Sequence record: OR983333.1
Direction: 5' to 3' (one strand)
From: Escherichia phage 1-6af
DNA length: 64,000 bases
Made by a program: the position numbers and the translations under genes. Positions 1-9,043 of the stretch are shown piece by piece. Numbering within the stretch: the first letter of the stretch is position 1; each line of letters opens with the position of its first letter. The notes beneath the pieces are model-generated. The model made no database searches and had not been told where the DNA came from. It saw only the letters and a list, made by a program, of their open reading frames with translations.

Positions 1-885
1 GTAGGCTTGATGATGAATGCTGCACAGAACCGTCTCCGTATGGTATGTCGTAACATTGCTCACAATGGTATGGTTGAATTGATGCGTGGTATTTACAATC
101 TTATCAGAGAAAATGGTGAAGTTCCTATCGAGGTACAAACCCCTCGTGGTATGATTCAGGTAAATCCTAAACAATTACCAGCTCGTCACAACCTTCAAGT
201 TGTTGTAGCTATCTCTCCTAACGAGAAAGCAGAACGTGCACAGAAACTGATTAGCTTGAAACAGCTGATTGCAGCAGATGCACAGTTAGCACCTCTCTTT
301 GGTTTGGAGCAAGACCGTTACATGACTGCACAGATCTTTGAGTTGATGGGTATTAAGGACACTCATAAATACCTTCTGCCTCTGGAACAGTATCAGCCTC
401 CAGAACCTTCTCCGATGGAAATCCTCCAGCTCGAGATGACTAAAGCACAGGTTGAGAACGTACAGGCTTCTTCTCAGAAGATGATTGCTGATGCATTCGA
501 CCAACGTGAACGTACTACATTCGAACAGCAGAAAGCTGCGGATGAATTAAGTCTGCGTCAGGAAGAGTTGCAGTTCAAGCAAGAAAATGCAGCAGATGCA
601 ATGACTCTGGAAAACCGTAAAGAAGATAACAATGCTACTCTGGAACAAGCTAAGCACAAGTTAGCTCTTATGCAACAGCAGGTCCGTCAGTATGAATCTG
701 TACTGAAAGAATTGCAGATGGTTATGTCTCATCAGGTAGACCAAGAGAAGATTGTTCAGCAAGCTCGTGTTCAGGACAAAACTTTGGAACTCCAAAAGAA
801 AGAAGTTAATGTAACTAAGAAAGAGCAACAAGCTTCTCTCAAAGATTCACGGATTCCAGGCAAACGTCTTGGAAGTAAAAACTAA
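1..885 (+). CDS. portal (head-tail connector) protein, C-terminal part; gene starts upstream of window
   Basis: Frame open from nt 1; coiled-coil Q/E/K-rich C-terminus; sits immediately upstream of scaffold and capsid genes (T7-like order). Confidence 0.45.
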   Translation, partial: VGLMMNAAQNRLRMVCRNIAHNGMVELMRGIYNLIRENGEVPIEVQTPRGMIQVNPKQLPARHNLQVVVAISPNEKAERAQKLISLKQLIAADAQLAPLFGLEQDRYMTAQIFELMGIKDTHKYLLPLEQYQPPEPSPMEILQLEMTKAQVENVQASSQKMIADAFDQRERTTFEQQKAADELSLRQEELQFKQENAADAMTLENRKEDNNATLEQAKHKLALMQQQVRQYESVLKELQMVMSHQVDQEKIVQQARVQDKTLELQKKEVNVTKKEQQASLKDSRIPGKRLGSKN

Positions 886-894
886 GGACGTCGA

Positions 895-1131
895 ATGAAC
901 ATTAGACATCAATTTAATAAAGAGCACGCCGCCGCTTTGGCGGCTCTCAACCTTAACGGCAGTCTTGACGCAGCATTAGAGGCATTGAAAGAAAGACTCA
1001 TGACAGAGATAGTTCAAACAGAACCTCATGAGAATAAGAAACGCGAAGATTGTTATCAAAAGTATAAAATGGTTGGTAGCTTAAAAGAGGTCATAAAAGC
1101 TGCTATCAATAGTGCAGGAGATGTTTCATAA
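895..1131 (+). CDS. hypothetical small protein (78 aa)
   Basis: ORF between portal and scaffold genes, same strand, tight spacing. Confidence 0.35.
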   Translation: MNIRHQFNKEHAAALAALNLNGSLDAALEALKERLMTEIVQTEPHENKKREDCYQKYKMVGSLKEVIKAAINSAGDVS

Positions 1132-2207
1132 TGCCACAAGATAATTATATTGACCCGAACGATTTTAAATCTTTCCTCCAACTGGATGACCTGAAAGGTT
1201 CTTTCAAAGAAGAACTCGGTCGATTAGAATCTGAACAAGAACCAGAAGTGGACATTGACGATGAGTTCCCGGAAAAAGACGGTGACGATTTCGACTTTGA
1301 TACCGACCTTCTCGGTGAAAGCGATGAGCTTAAGTTCGAAGATGAAGATGGTTGGGAAGATCGTGAAGAGGAAGGCGAAGTCGAAGAAGATGAAGATGAA
1401 TCCTCTGAAGCAGAAGAACAAGAGGAAGAAGATTCAAGCGATGCAGAGTATGAAGATGATTCTGCTGACGGTGAAGGTGAAGTCTTTGATGTAGACTACG
1501 AAACCGTTATCACCCTTCCTGATGGACGTGAGATGACTATTGAAGAACTTTCTAATGGCTATCTTACTGGTGCTGATATGACAGAACGAGAGACTACTCT
1601 TCAGCGTCATATGGAAGCATTCGAGGAACGTGTAGTAGGTTTGAAGGATGTATTAGAACTAGCGTCTTTAGAAGCAGACCGAGTAATTGAAGATTATAAC
1701 GGTTTTGATTGGGACAAGCTTGCAGTAGAAGATCCTCAAGCATATGTTGAAAACAAACGTTTCCTAGAGAAGTACACAGCTCGCCGTCAACAGCTTGAAC
1801 AGGCTCAGGTCCGTATTAAGCAGGAAGCAGCAGCTAAAGAGCAGGAAGCTTTCCAAGCCAAGAGTATTGAATGTGTTAATATTCTGAAACGTGAGATTCC
1901 AAATTGGGATGAAAACTTATATCAAAACTTAATGCAATACGCAATTGACTTAGGTGCTACTGAAGAAGAAGTATTGAAGGAAAACCGTCCGTCTATTTTC
2001 CTAGCTCTCCATAAAGCATACCAATTTGATAAAGGTAAGCAACAGGTGATGGCTAAGATTAAACGTCCCGGTGCTCCACGCAAGGTTGTGAAGTCTGATG
2101 CTGCAAAGTCTCGCACTTCCAATAAGCCCGACAACGCTAAGGTTGCCAAGGCATTCGCAGAGGGTCGCGTTAGTCACGAAGACGCATTCAAATTCCTCGT
2201 AGATTAA
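1131..2207 (+). CDS. scaffolding protein (acidic)
   Basis: Extremely acidic D/E-rich N-terminal half, helical C-terminal half, directly upstream of capsid gene. Confidence 0.5.
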   Translation: MPQDNYIDPNDFKSFLQLDDLKGSFKEELGRLESEQEPEVDIDDEFPEKDGDDFDFDTDLLGESDELKFEDEDGWEDREEEGEVEEDEDESSEAEEQEEEDSSDAEYEDDSADGEGEVFDVDYETVITLPDGREMTIEELSNGYLTGADMTERETTLQRHMEAFEERVVGLKDVLELASLEADRVIEDYNGFDWDKLAVEDPQAYVENKRFLEKYTARRQQLEQAQVRIKQEAAAKEQEAFQAKSIECVNILKREIPNWDENLYQNLMQYAIDLGATEEEVLKENRPSIFLALHKAYQFDKGKQQVMAKIKRPGAPRKVVKSDAAKSRTSNKPDNAKVAKAFAEGRVSHEDAFKFLVD

Positions 2208-2248
2208 TCGACAAATTAAATTATTAATAGTATAGGAGCTAACATAAC

Positions 2249-3307
2249 ATGGCTAATCCAACTTTATTTGTATCGTATGACCAGAATGGTAAAAAACTTT
2301 CTTTTGCTAACTGGATTTCTGTTCTGTCCCCTCAGGATACCCCGTTCGTATCTATGACCGGTAAAGAGTCTATCAACCAGACTATCTTTAGCTGGCAGAC
2401 CGATGCACTGGCAAGCGTTGACGGTAATAACGCACACGTCGAAGGCTCTCGTGCTGAAGACGGCGAAATGAAACCGACCGTTATCAAATCTAACGTTACT
2501 CAGATTCTGCGTAAGGTTGTTCGTGTTTCTGATACTGCTAACACCACCGCTAACTACGGTCGTGGTCGTGAACTGATGTATCAGCTGGAGAAGAAAGGTA
2601 AAGAGATCAAGCGTGACCTCGAGAAAATCCTTCTGTCCGGTCAGGCTCGTACCGACGTTCTGGCTGACCAGTATCTGACTAACTCTGCAACTGATCCTGC
2701 TGTTGTTGGTCTGAATGACACCCATGCAGCTCGTAAGACTGGTGCATTCCAGTTCCTGTGTGCTCACGGTGGTTTGTCTGGTGGCGTTGTTGACAAGACT
2801 AAGAATGGTCCTGCTGACCCGGATACTGGTGCAGTAACTGTTAAAGTTGCACAGAATGCTTCTAACCCGACCACTAACATTGGTTTTGATGAAGCTGATA
2901 TCTTTGATATGACTCTGCAACTGTATACCGCTGGTTCTGAAGCAGATATCATCATGATTAACCCGGCTCATGCTAAGATCTTCGCTGGTCTGCAAGAAAA
3001 TACTCAGGGTTCACGTAAGCGTATCTTTGAGAACACCAAGCAGTTCATCTACGAAGTTAACAGCATCACTGACCCGCTGGGCCAAAGCTACAAAATCATC
3101 GTTAACCGTTGGATGCCTACCGATGCAGTTTACTTCTTCCGTAGCGCTGACTGGACTCAGATGGTTCTGCGTGCTCCGAAACGTACTGAACTGGCTAAAG
3201 ACGGTTCTTACGAGAAGTGGATGATTGAAATGGAAGTTGGTCTGCGTCACCGCAACCCGTATGCTTCCGGCGTTCTGTTCACTGCTGCGGGAAAGGTGGC
3301 GGCGTAA
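2249..3307 (+). CDS. major capsid protein
   Basis: 352 aa ORF after scaffold; strong RBS (taggag); highly biased codon use; followed by frameshift Ig extension and strong terminator. Confidence 0.7.
   Translation: MANPTLFVSYDQNGKKLSFANWISVLSPQDTPFVSMTGKESINQTIFSWQTDALASVDGNNAHVEGSRAEDGEMKPTVIKSNVTQILRKVVRVSDTANTTANYGRGRELMYQLEKKGKEIKRDLEKILLSGQARTDVLADQYLTNSATDPAVVGLNDTHAARKTGAFQFLCAHGGLSGGVVDKTKNGPADPDTGAVTVKVAQNASNPTTNIGFDEADIFDMTLQLYTAGSEADIIMINPAHAKIFAGLQENTQGSRKRIFENTKQFIYEVNSITDPLGQSYKIIVNRWMPTDAVYFFRSADWTQMVLRAPKRTELAKDGSYEKWMIEMEVGLRHRNPYASGVLFTAAGKVAA
3289..3295 (+). other. -1 programmed ribosomal frameshift slippery heptamer G_GGA_AAG
   Basis: X_XXY_YYZ heptamer in the capsid zero frame, 4 codons before the capsid stop; -1 frame stays open into the Ig-like ORF. 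Confidence 0.55.
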
Positions 3308-3831
3308 CAGTAGACAGTGTGACTGTTAGCCCTGCGTCTTTAGCAAGTCTAGAGACAGGGGCTACTCGGCAGTTCACTGCAAGCGCGGAGAAAAGTGATG
3401 GTTCTACCGAAACAACTGGCTTTACTTGGTCAGTGACAGGAGGTGGTTCTATCACTCAGTCGGGTTTGTATACTGCTCCGAGTGCGTCTCAATCCACTGA
3501 TGTATCCATTACTGCAACTTTAGAAGGTGTTTCTGGTACGGCAACCATTTCCGAAATTGTTGCTCCTGCTCCTACTATTGTAGCTAAGGGTCCAATTACG
3601 GGTAAAACTGGTGGTTCCTCCACTAATTTCACTACCATGTTTACTGTAACTAATTCTATTGCTGATGATTACACACTTGTTGTAACTCCCGCAGAAGCTG
3701 GTACAATAAGTGCTAATAATTCGTTAAAATTAGATGCTGCTGCAAGTGGCGAAGTTACTGTTCAAGCAAGTTTGACAGCCAACCCGTCTATCAATGCAAC
3801 ATGCACTTTTACTGGTGTAACACCTGCTTAA
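3295..3831 (+). CDS. Ig-like (Big_2-type) C-terminal extension of capsid, reached by -1 frameshift (capsid-Ig fusion)
   Basis: -1 frame has no stop from 3295 to 3831; no RBS before the GTG at 3319; Thr/Ser/Gly-rich beta-type domain with Ig-like pattern. Confidence 0.55.
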   Translation, partial: GGGVTVDSVTVSPASLASLETGATRQFTASAEKSDGSTETTGFTWSVTGGGSITQSGLYTAPSASQSTDVSITATLEGVSGTATISEIVAPAPTIVAKGPITGKTGGSSTNFTTMFTVTNSIADDYTLVVTPAEAGTISANNSLKLDAAASGEVTVQASLTANPSINATCTFTGVTPA

Positions 3832-3838
3832 AATCAGA

Positions 3839-3862
3839 CCCTGCCTTCGGGCGGGGTTTTTT
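3839..3862 (+). terminator. rho-independent terminator after capsid module
   Basis: ccctgcc-ttcg-ggcgggg hairpin followed by T6. Confidence 0.75.
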
Positions 3863-3890
3863 CGTTTTAAGACCTATACAAGCCAGTGTG

Positions 3891-3899
3891 TAATGTATA
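3891..3899 (+). promoter_or_regulatory. TAATGTATA promoter-like motif (preceded by TAAGACCTA, 14 nt spacer)
   Basis: Identical bipartite arrangement recurs at 20181-20211; located 34 nt upstream of the next start codon. Confidence 0.5.
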
Positions 3900-3932
3900 T
3901 TCTTTGTCTACATATAACAAGGAGGACAACCT

Positions 3933-4445
3933 ATGGCAATGCCAGATTTCAGAGAAGCTTTTACCTATGATCCAAATACAGGGCATCTTTTCTGGTCTAT
4001 GAGTAACATCTTTAATAAGCAGAAAGGACAACGTGCCGGGTGTATTGGCGACAGAGGTTATCGTAAAGTGACTTTTAAAAAGAAATCATATTTAGAGCAT
4101 AGGGTCATAGCTGAACTCTTTCTTCCTAAGGTAGAAGGGAAGGACTGTGTCAACCATAAGAATGGAATAAAAGACGATAACAGGATTGAGAATCTAGAGT
4201 GGTGTACTCAACAAGAAAATTGTACACATGCTTTTGAAACAGGCCTCTCAACACCTAGGAGTCTTGAGGATAACCCTAATTCCAAACTCACTAAAGAGCA
4301 AGTTCTCTTTTGTTTGGAGAACTACAAACCGAGAGATAGAGAGTTTGGAGCTAGAGCCTTAGCTAGAAAGTTTGGGGTCTCTAAAAGCACAATATCTCTC
4401 ATTACTAAAGGCGTAAACTGGAAGGAGGTTTATTATGATGCCTGA
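3933..4445 (+). CDS. HNH homing endonuclease (HNH_3-like with C-terminal HTH)
   Basis: YDPNTGHLFW...GYRKV...HRVIA...VNHKNG...DNRIENLEW motif pattern; free-standing between structural genes. Confidence 0.8.
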   Translation: MAMPDFREAFTYDPNTGHLFWSMSNIFNKQKGQRAGCIGDRGYRKVTFKKKSYLEHRVIAELFLPKVEGKDCVNHKNGIKDDNRIENLEWCTQQENCTHAFETGLSTPRSLEDNPNSKLTKEQVLFCLENYKPRDREFGARALARKFGVSKSTISLITKGVNWKEVYYDA

Positions 4446-5184
4446 CGTCCAATATCCCATCAATACCTATGGGTGGCTAAAGAAAGCCGTGGCCCTCTGG
4501 GCAGATAGGGACGATGACGAATTTGTTAATCAAATTCCAAACTTTATTAATTTTGCAGAGAAAGAGATTTATCGCAACTTACGTATCCCTCCTCTGGAAA
4601 AGGAAGTGTATCTGAGTATCAAGAATGGTATAGCATTCATCCCACCGGACTACTTGCAAGCTCAATGGATAATGAGAGCTAAAGATGGAGCAATATTCCA
4701 AGTAACTTCCCCAGAAGAGATAAGCTATCGTAAACAGCATGGCACAATTAACCCCTCTCACTGGAATAATCAACCTGTTAATTTTGCTCGTTTCGGAAGT
4801 CGTTTCTTGTTCTATCCACTGATTGATGCTGATACCCCTGTTTACCCTGAAGATGGAAGTCCTGCTATTCCAGCAGAGAACTCTGTAATTCTAAGCTATT
4901 ATGCAGATCCTCCGGAGTTTCACGCAGACGAAGATACTAGTGCAATACTTACGATTGCTCCAGAACTTCTTCTATACTTTACCCTTAGGCATGCATGTCT
5001 TTTTGTTCAGGATGATAACGGTGTTCAAAAATGGTCTGCGTTAGGTAAGGCTATTCTTGATGAGATGGTTGAGCAAGATAAGAAACAGGAGTACTCAGGT
5101 TCTCCTATTGCGATACCCAACAACATGACCAGACTTCAGAGTAGCCTGCCAGATATTTATGGAATACGTACCTCTAGAGTATAA
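4435..5184 (+). CDS. hypothetical virion protein (possible adaptor or tail tubular protein)
   Basis: Position in structural block; overlapping start with upstream gene. Confidence 0.3.
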   Translation: MMPDVQYPINTYGWLKKAVALWADRDDDEFVNQIPNFINFAEKEIYRNLRIPPLEKEVYLSIKNGIAFIPPDYLQAQWIMRAKDGAIFQVTSPEEISYRKQHGTINPSHWNNQPVNFARFGSRFLFYPLIDADTPVYPEDGSPAIPAENSVILSYYADPPEFHADEDTSAILTIAPELLLYFTLRHACLFVQDDNGVQKWSALGKAILDEMVEQDKKQEYSGSPIAIPNNMTRLQSSLPDIYGIRTSRV

Positions 5185-5193
5185 GGAGATTTT

Positions 5194-5742
5194 ATGATCA
5201 GTTACAACAACTCAGCACCTAATGCAGTTAATAATGTAGGTCAGTTTGGTGCTACAGAAGGCTCTATCGGTGCTTACAAATCAGCAGCTGAATACGCAGC
5301 TGATTCCAAGTATTGGGCGATGCTTTCTCAAAAGAACTACAACAGCATTGATGAAATTCTTAAGGAAGTAGAAAGACTCTATGCAGAAGGTAGTTTATTA
5401 AAAGAAGATATTGAACAACTCAAATTTGATTTTGAAAACCAAAACCAAATGCTTCTTGGTCTTATTCAGCAAACGGTCGAAGCTGTTGACAACACTAATA
5501 CTGCTATTGGCGAAGCTAATGCAGCAACAGATCGAGCCAACCAAGCAGTGCAAGATGTTCTTACTCAATTAGATAAGGTTTCTAATATGTCGGTTGTTGC
5601 CACAACCCTTCCTCCGGGAGCACCCGCAACTGGGAGTTTTGATAATAGTACAGGTGTTTTCTCCTTTGGTATCCCTGAAGGCCAGCCCGGTAAAGATGGG
5701 AGGATGGAACAGATGGTACAATCTCTGATATTGGGGATGTAG
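5194..5742 (+). CDS. tail fibre protein, N-terminal segment (frame-broken from downstream ORF)
   Basis: RBS aaggag; ends in the start of a Gly-X-Y collagen-like run that continues in the -1 frame. Confidence 0.45.
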   Translation: MISYNNSAPNAVNNVGQFGATEGSIGAYKSAAEYAADSKYWAMLSQKNYNSIDEILKEVERLYAEGSLLKEDIEQLKFDFENQNQMLLGLIQQTVEAVDNTNTAIGEANAATDRANQAVQDVLTQLDKVSNMSVVATTLPPGAPATGSFDNSTGVFSFGIPEGQPGKDGRMEQMVQSLILGM

Positions 5743-5780
5743 CTATAAGCACTCCTGTAGCTGATGATTATGGGTTCTTT

Positions 5781-8700
5781 GTGGACAAAGACAATGGTGG
5801 TTTGTATCGAACTCCAATGAGTGAGATTGCTAAGCTTGTTCCAGCAGTTGTTAGTTTCAATGGTCGTACTGGTCCTGTTATTCCGGCTGCTGGAGACTAC
5901 ACAGTAAGTCAAGTTACTGGCGCAGCTGCTTCTGGCGTTAACAACGATATTAACCAGATTCGTGGGTTGACTACTGCCCTATCTGTAGCTCAAGGTGGTA
6001 CGGGTGGTAAGACACCGTACGAAGCTAGAACCAACCTCCAGCTGGAAAGGTTCACCCAGAATGATGCTAACACTACTTCAATGAAAGCTGGTGGTGATGG
6101 AAGGATTCGTCTTACAGTTAGCAAGTCCGCTGAAGGCTCTGGGTGGGGTTGCTTTAATGACGACACTGGAGCATACATTCCTCTCGGAGTAGGTCAAGGT
6201 GGTACGGGGGCAACAACGGTGGTCAGTGCCAGAGAGAATCTCGGTGTCAACCGCGTAATACAAGGTGGTAGTTATAGCGATTTCCTTACAGCCAACGGTT
6301 CCAACCGCTTGCGTATCCAGGATAACGGTGCATGGGGCAGCAGCACTGGAACAGGTTGGATACCGTTAGGGGTTGGACAGGGTGGCACTGGGGCAACAAC
6401 AGCAGCTGGAGCTCGAGCTAACCTAAACTTGAATAGGTTTGGGGAAGTAGGTTCTGAGACTCAAGTGTTTTCTCCTAACGGTAGTAAGAAAATCATTATT
6501 ACTAATGACCGATGGGGAGCCTATGACATTGCTGCTTCCAAATACCTCCCTTTAGGTATTGATCAAGGTGGTACTGGGGCAAATACTGCTGATGCAGCGC
6601 GTATGTCTCTTGTTGCTGCTAAAAGTGGGGCTAACTCTGATATAACCTCAATGACTAACAAGGTTACTTTCACGCAGTCTCCAGTGATTCCTGATGCAGT
6701 AGCTAACAACGAACCAGTAGCTCTCGGTCAACTGTCTACTGAAACTGCATTACTTGAAACGAAGATTAACGAAGCTAAAGATGCTGCTGCTGCTGCTAAT
6801 ACTAATGCGGATAGTCGTGTACCAACAGCTCAGCTTTCTAATACGTCTAACGTAGCTCAAGGTGATGCACTAATTGGGGTCAAGGCTCCTTTCGCTGGCG
6901 CTGCGGCTCGTACTCAGCATGACATAAATGCACAATTCAGTAGCATTCTTGACTTTCTTGGTGATAAATACAACGGCACTACGGATGCTGCAAGTTCCTT
7001 TATTTCTGCCAACACACTTCTACCTAAAAGTCGTGAGATCATTGTTCCAAGCGGGACATACCTCCTCAATAGTAATGTAGAATGTTACGGTCGCCGTTTC
7101 GTATTTGAAGAACCAGTGACATTTACTGGTGCTGGTAAATTCTATGGTGCTATTGTAAATCGCATTATGTCGGATGGGACAACTAAAGTTTCCCAATGGG
7201 CTAAGCCAGGAACTACTGAGAGGATGACCACATCTGCTGTTTTCGGTGATAACGGAGTGACGTCAACCGGAATTCAGATTGGTGGGGCTGTGCCATATAA
7301 CGGTGCTGATGGTATTAGAATGTTTACCGATGGTAGTTCTGGGTGGTTAGGTGTTCGTGCATCTAAATGGCCTCACCCTACAGAAATGGCGATATATCCA
7401 AGTTCTAAATCCGGGTCATGTCAGACAATCTCAGGCAGCAATGCTGTAAAAATCCTGTCTGGTGCTAGCATTACATCTGAAGCGATCGGTAAACCTATTG
7501 CTATCTATGATGCACTTTATACTGTAGCATCCGTAACAGCAGATGGTTTTACTGTTAAAAATATCAATGGGTCACCTGTTACTTGGGGATCAAATGCAAC
7601 CCACTCGTACAGCTTGTGTTACTACCACGGCAGTGGTGTATGCAGTGTATCCGGCACTACTGTAACCCGCATTAGTGGTGATCCGTTTGTGATTCCCGAC
7701 GCATCAGTACCTCAGACAATGACTATTAATGGTGTCGACTACCGCGTAGTGGCTTTTACAGACCCTCAGCATGTTACCCTTAGTTCTGCTCCGGGGGATT
7801 CAGCATCAACAGAATATAAATTCTGGGGTACAGTTAACAACCTCAACAGTGCACTTCGGGTTCATCGTATCAATGATGCTGGCTTTGAGGAAAATATTAG
7901 TCTCATTGCCAATAATAGTGGATATTACGCATTGCACGCTGCTGCTAGTAACCCAGCGAATGAGCAGTATCCACTCTACATTGGATCTGGTTGGGAAGAT
8001 AACGGGCAGATGCGAAGAAGCATTATCTCCGCAGCCAATGGAGATGTAACCCTCGGTGGTAACTACGGGAACGGGCCGTTATATGTACCCTATAGCCAAA
8101 CCTCTAACCCACAAATCATGCTGGACAACAGGAATGGCAACGCCACCGTTACAGTCTCTGGTGGATCTACACCGGATGCGTCGTTAACTATTAAGTCTAA
8201 AGGTGCAGGTAAGGTTGTGTTCCACTCCGAGGTAGGTGTTAACGCCGCGATGTATCCATATATAGATAACATCTATTCGTGTGGTAAGTCTGGGAATAGG
8301 TGGTCACAGATATGGGCATCGAACGCTACTATCCAGACTTCTGATGGGACGACAAAAACCGAAGTTCAAGGATCCAATCTATCTACAGACTTTATTCTGG
8401 GCCTAAACCCTGTTTCTTACAAAAACATTGTTGGTGGGAATGTTGTAGAAGAGATTGAAGATGGTGTAGAGGAGATTGAACGTCAGGTGGTAGAAAAGGT
8501 TGTTTCAACTGAAGAAGTCCACGAACGTGTTGTTGATGGAGATGAAGTCTATTACGTCCGTAAGTTCGTTGACAAGGAAGTAGAGCGTCCAGTGTTCCAT
8601 GAGGTTGATCTGCGTGATGAGCTAGGTAATGTCATTGGAACAATCAAAACACCGTTGATGGAGAAAGTAACCGTTCCTAAAACTCGCCAAGTTATTACGG

Positions 8701-8903
8701 AAGTACCGGGTAAACGTACGCACTATGGATTCATCGCACAGGAAGTTAAGGATCTCGTAGACAAGTTGGGAATCTCCGACTTCGGTGGGTACGTTGAAGG
8801 TGAGGACGGTAAGCTTGGTCTTCGCTACGGTGAGTTCATCTCTCCGATAGTGTCTTGCTTGCAGGATATTATCAAGCGACTGGAACTGCTAGAGAAAAAA
8901 TAA
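5781..8903 (+). CDS. tail fibre protein with collagen-like/Gly-rich repeats and C-terminal intramolecular chaperone (peptidase S74-like) domain
   Basis: Four ~62 aa repeats containing GQGGTGATT; C-terminus GFIAQEVKDLV...YGEFISP...LE typical of S74 chaperone domains; frame open upstream from 5694. Confidence 0.65.
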   Translation: MDKDNGGLYRTPMSEIAKLVPAVVSFNGRTGPVIPAAGDYTVSQVTGAAASGVNNDINQIRGLTTALSVAQGGTGGKTPYEARTNLQLERFTQNDANTTSMKAGGDGRIRLTVSKSAEGSGWGCFNDDTGAYIPLGVGQGGTGATTVVSARENLGVNRVIQGGSYSDFLTANGSNRLRIQDNGAWGSSTGTGWIPLGVGQGGTGATTAAGARANLNLNRFGEVGSETQVFSPNGSKKIIITNDRWGAYDIAASKYLPLGIDQGGTGANTADAARMSLVAAKSGANSDITSMTNKVTFTQSPVIPDAVANNEPVALGQLSTETALLETKINEAKDAAAAANTNADSRVPTAQLSNTSNVAQGDALIGVKAPFAGAAARTQHDINAQFSSILDFLGDKYNGTTDAASSFISANTLLPKSREIIVPSGTYLLNSNVECYGRRFVFEEPVTFTGAGKFYGAIVNRIMSDGTTKVSQWAKPGTTERMTTSAVFGDNGVTSTGIQIGGAVPYNGADGIRMFTDGSSGWLGVRASKWPHPTEMAIYPSSKSGSCQTISGSNAVKILSGASITSEAIGKPIAIYDALYTVASVTADGFTVKNINGSPVTWGSNATHSYSLCYYHGSGVCSVSGTTVTRISGDPFVIPDASVPQTMTINGVDYRVVAFTDPQHVTLSSAPGDSASTEYKFWGTVNNLNSALRVHRINDAGFEENISLIANNSGYYALHAAASNPANEQYPLYIGSGWEDNGQMRRSIISAANGDVTLGGNYGNGPLYVPYSQTSNPQIMLDNRNGNATVTVSGGSTPDASLTIKSKGAGKVVFHSEVGVNAAMYPYIDNIYSCGKSGNRWSQIWASNATIQTSDGTTKTEVQGSNLSTDFILGLNPVSYKNIVGGNVVEEIEDGVEEIERQVVEKVVSTEEVHERVVDGDEVYYVRKFVDKEVERPVFHEVDLRDELGNVIGTIKTPLMEKVTVPKTRQVITEVPGKRTHYGFIAQEVKDLVDKLGISDFGGYVEGEDGKLGLRYGEFISPIVSCLQDIIKRLELLEKK

Positions 8904-8956
8904 GTGGTCACTGTTTTTCTTGTGCAGTTGATGCATCTTATAGCTAAATCTAATAA

Positions 8957-8974
8957 CCCTCTTCGGAGGGTTTT
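8957..8974 (+). terminator. rho-independent terminator
   Basis: ccctc-ttcg-gaggg hairpin followed by TTTT. Confidence 0.7.
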
Positions 8975-9043
8975 AGTAGTATTTAGGTGAGACAGATAAT
9001 GAATTCAATATGAATGAAAGGTTAATATATAGGAGACACTAAG

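Noticed and set aside
1224-1494. Two short ORFs (1224..1421 minus, 1255..1494 plus) within the scaffold gene
   Set aside because: Products are K/F-rich low-complexity translations of the acidic-repeat region in wrong frames.
2264-2995. 243-aa minus-strand ORF inside the capsid gene, and similar antisense ORFs (34116..34544, 53678..54238, 54320..54739, 19181..19822, 46576..46807, 51056..51658)
   Set aside because: They lie entirely antisense to long well-supported genes, lack RBS and have low-complexity or odd composition; treated as shadow ORFs.
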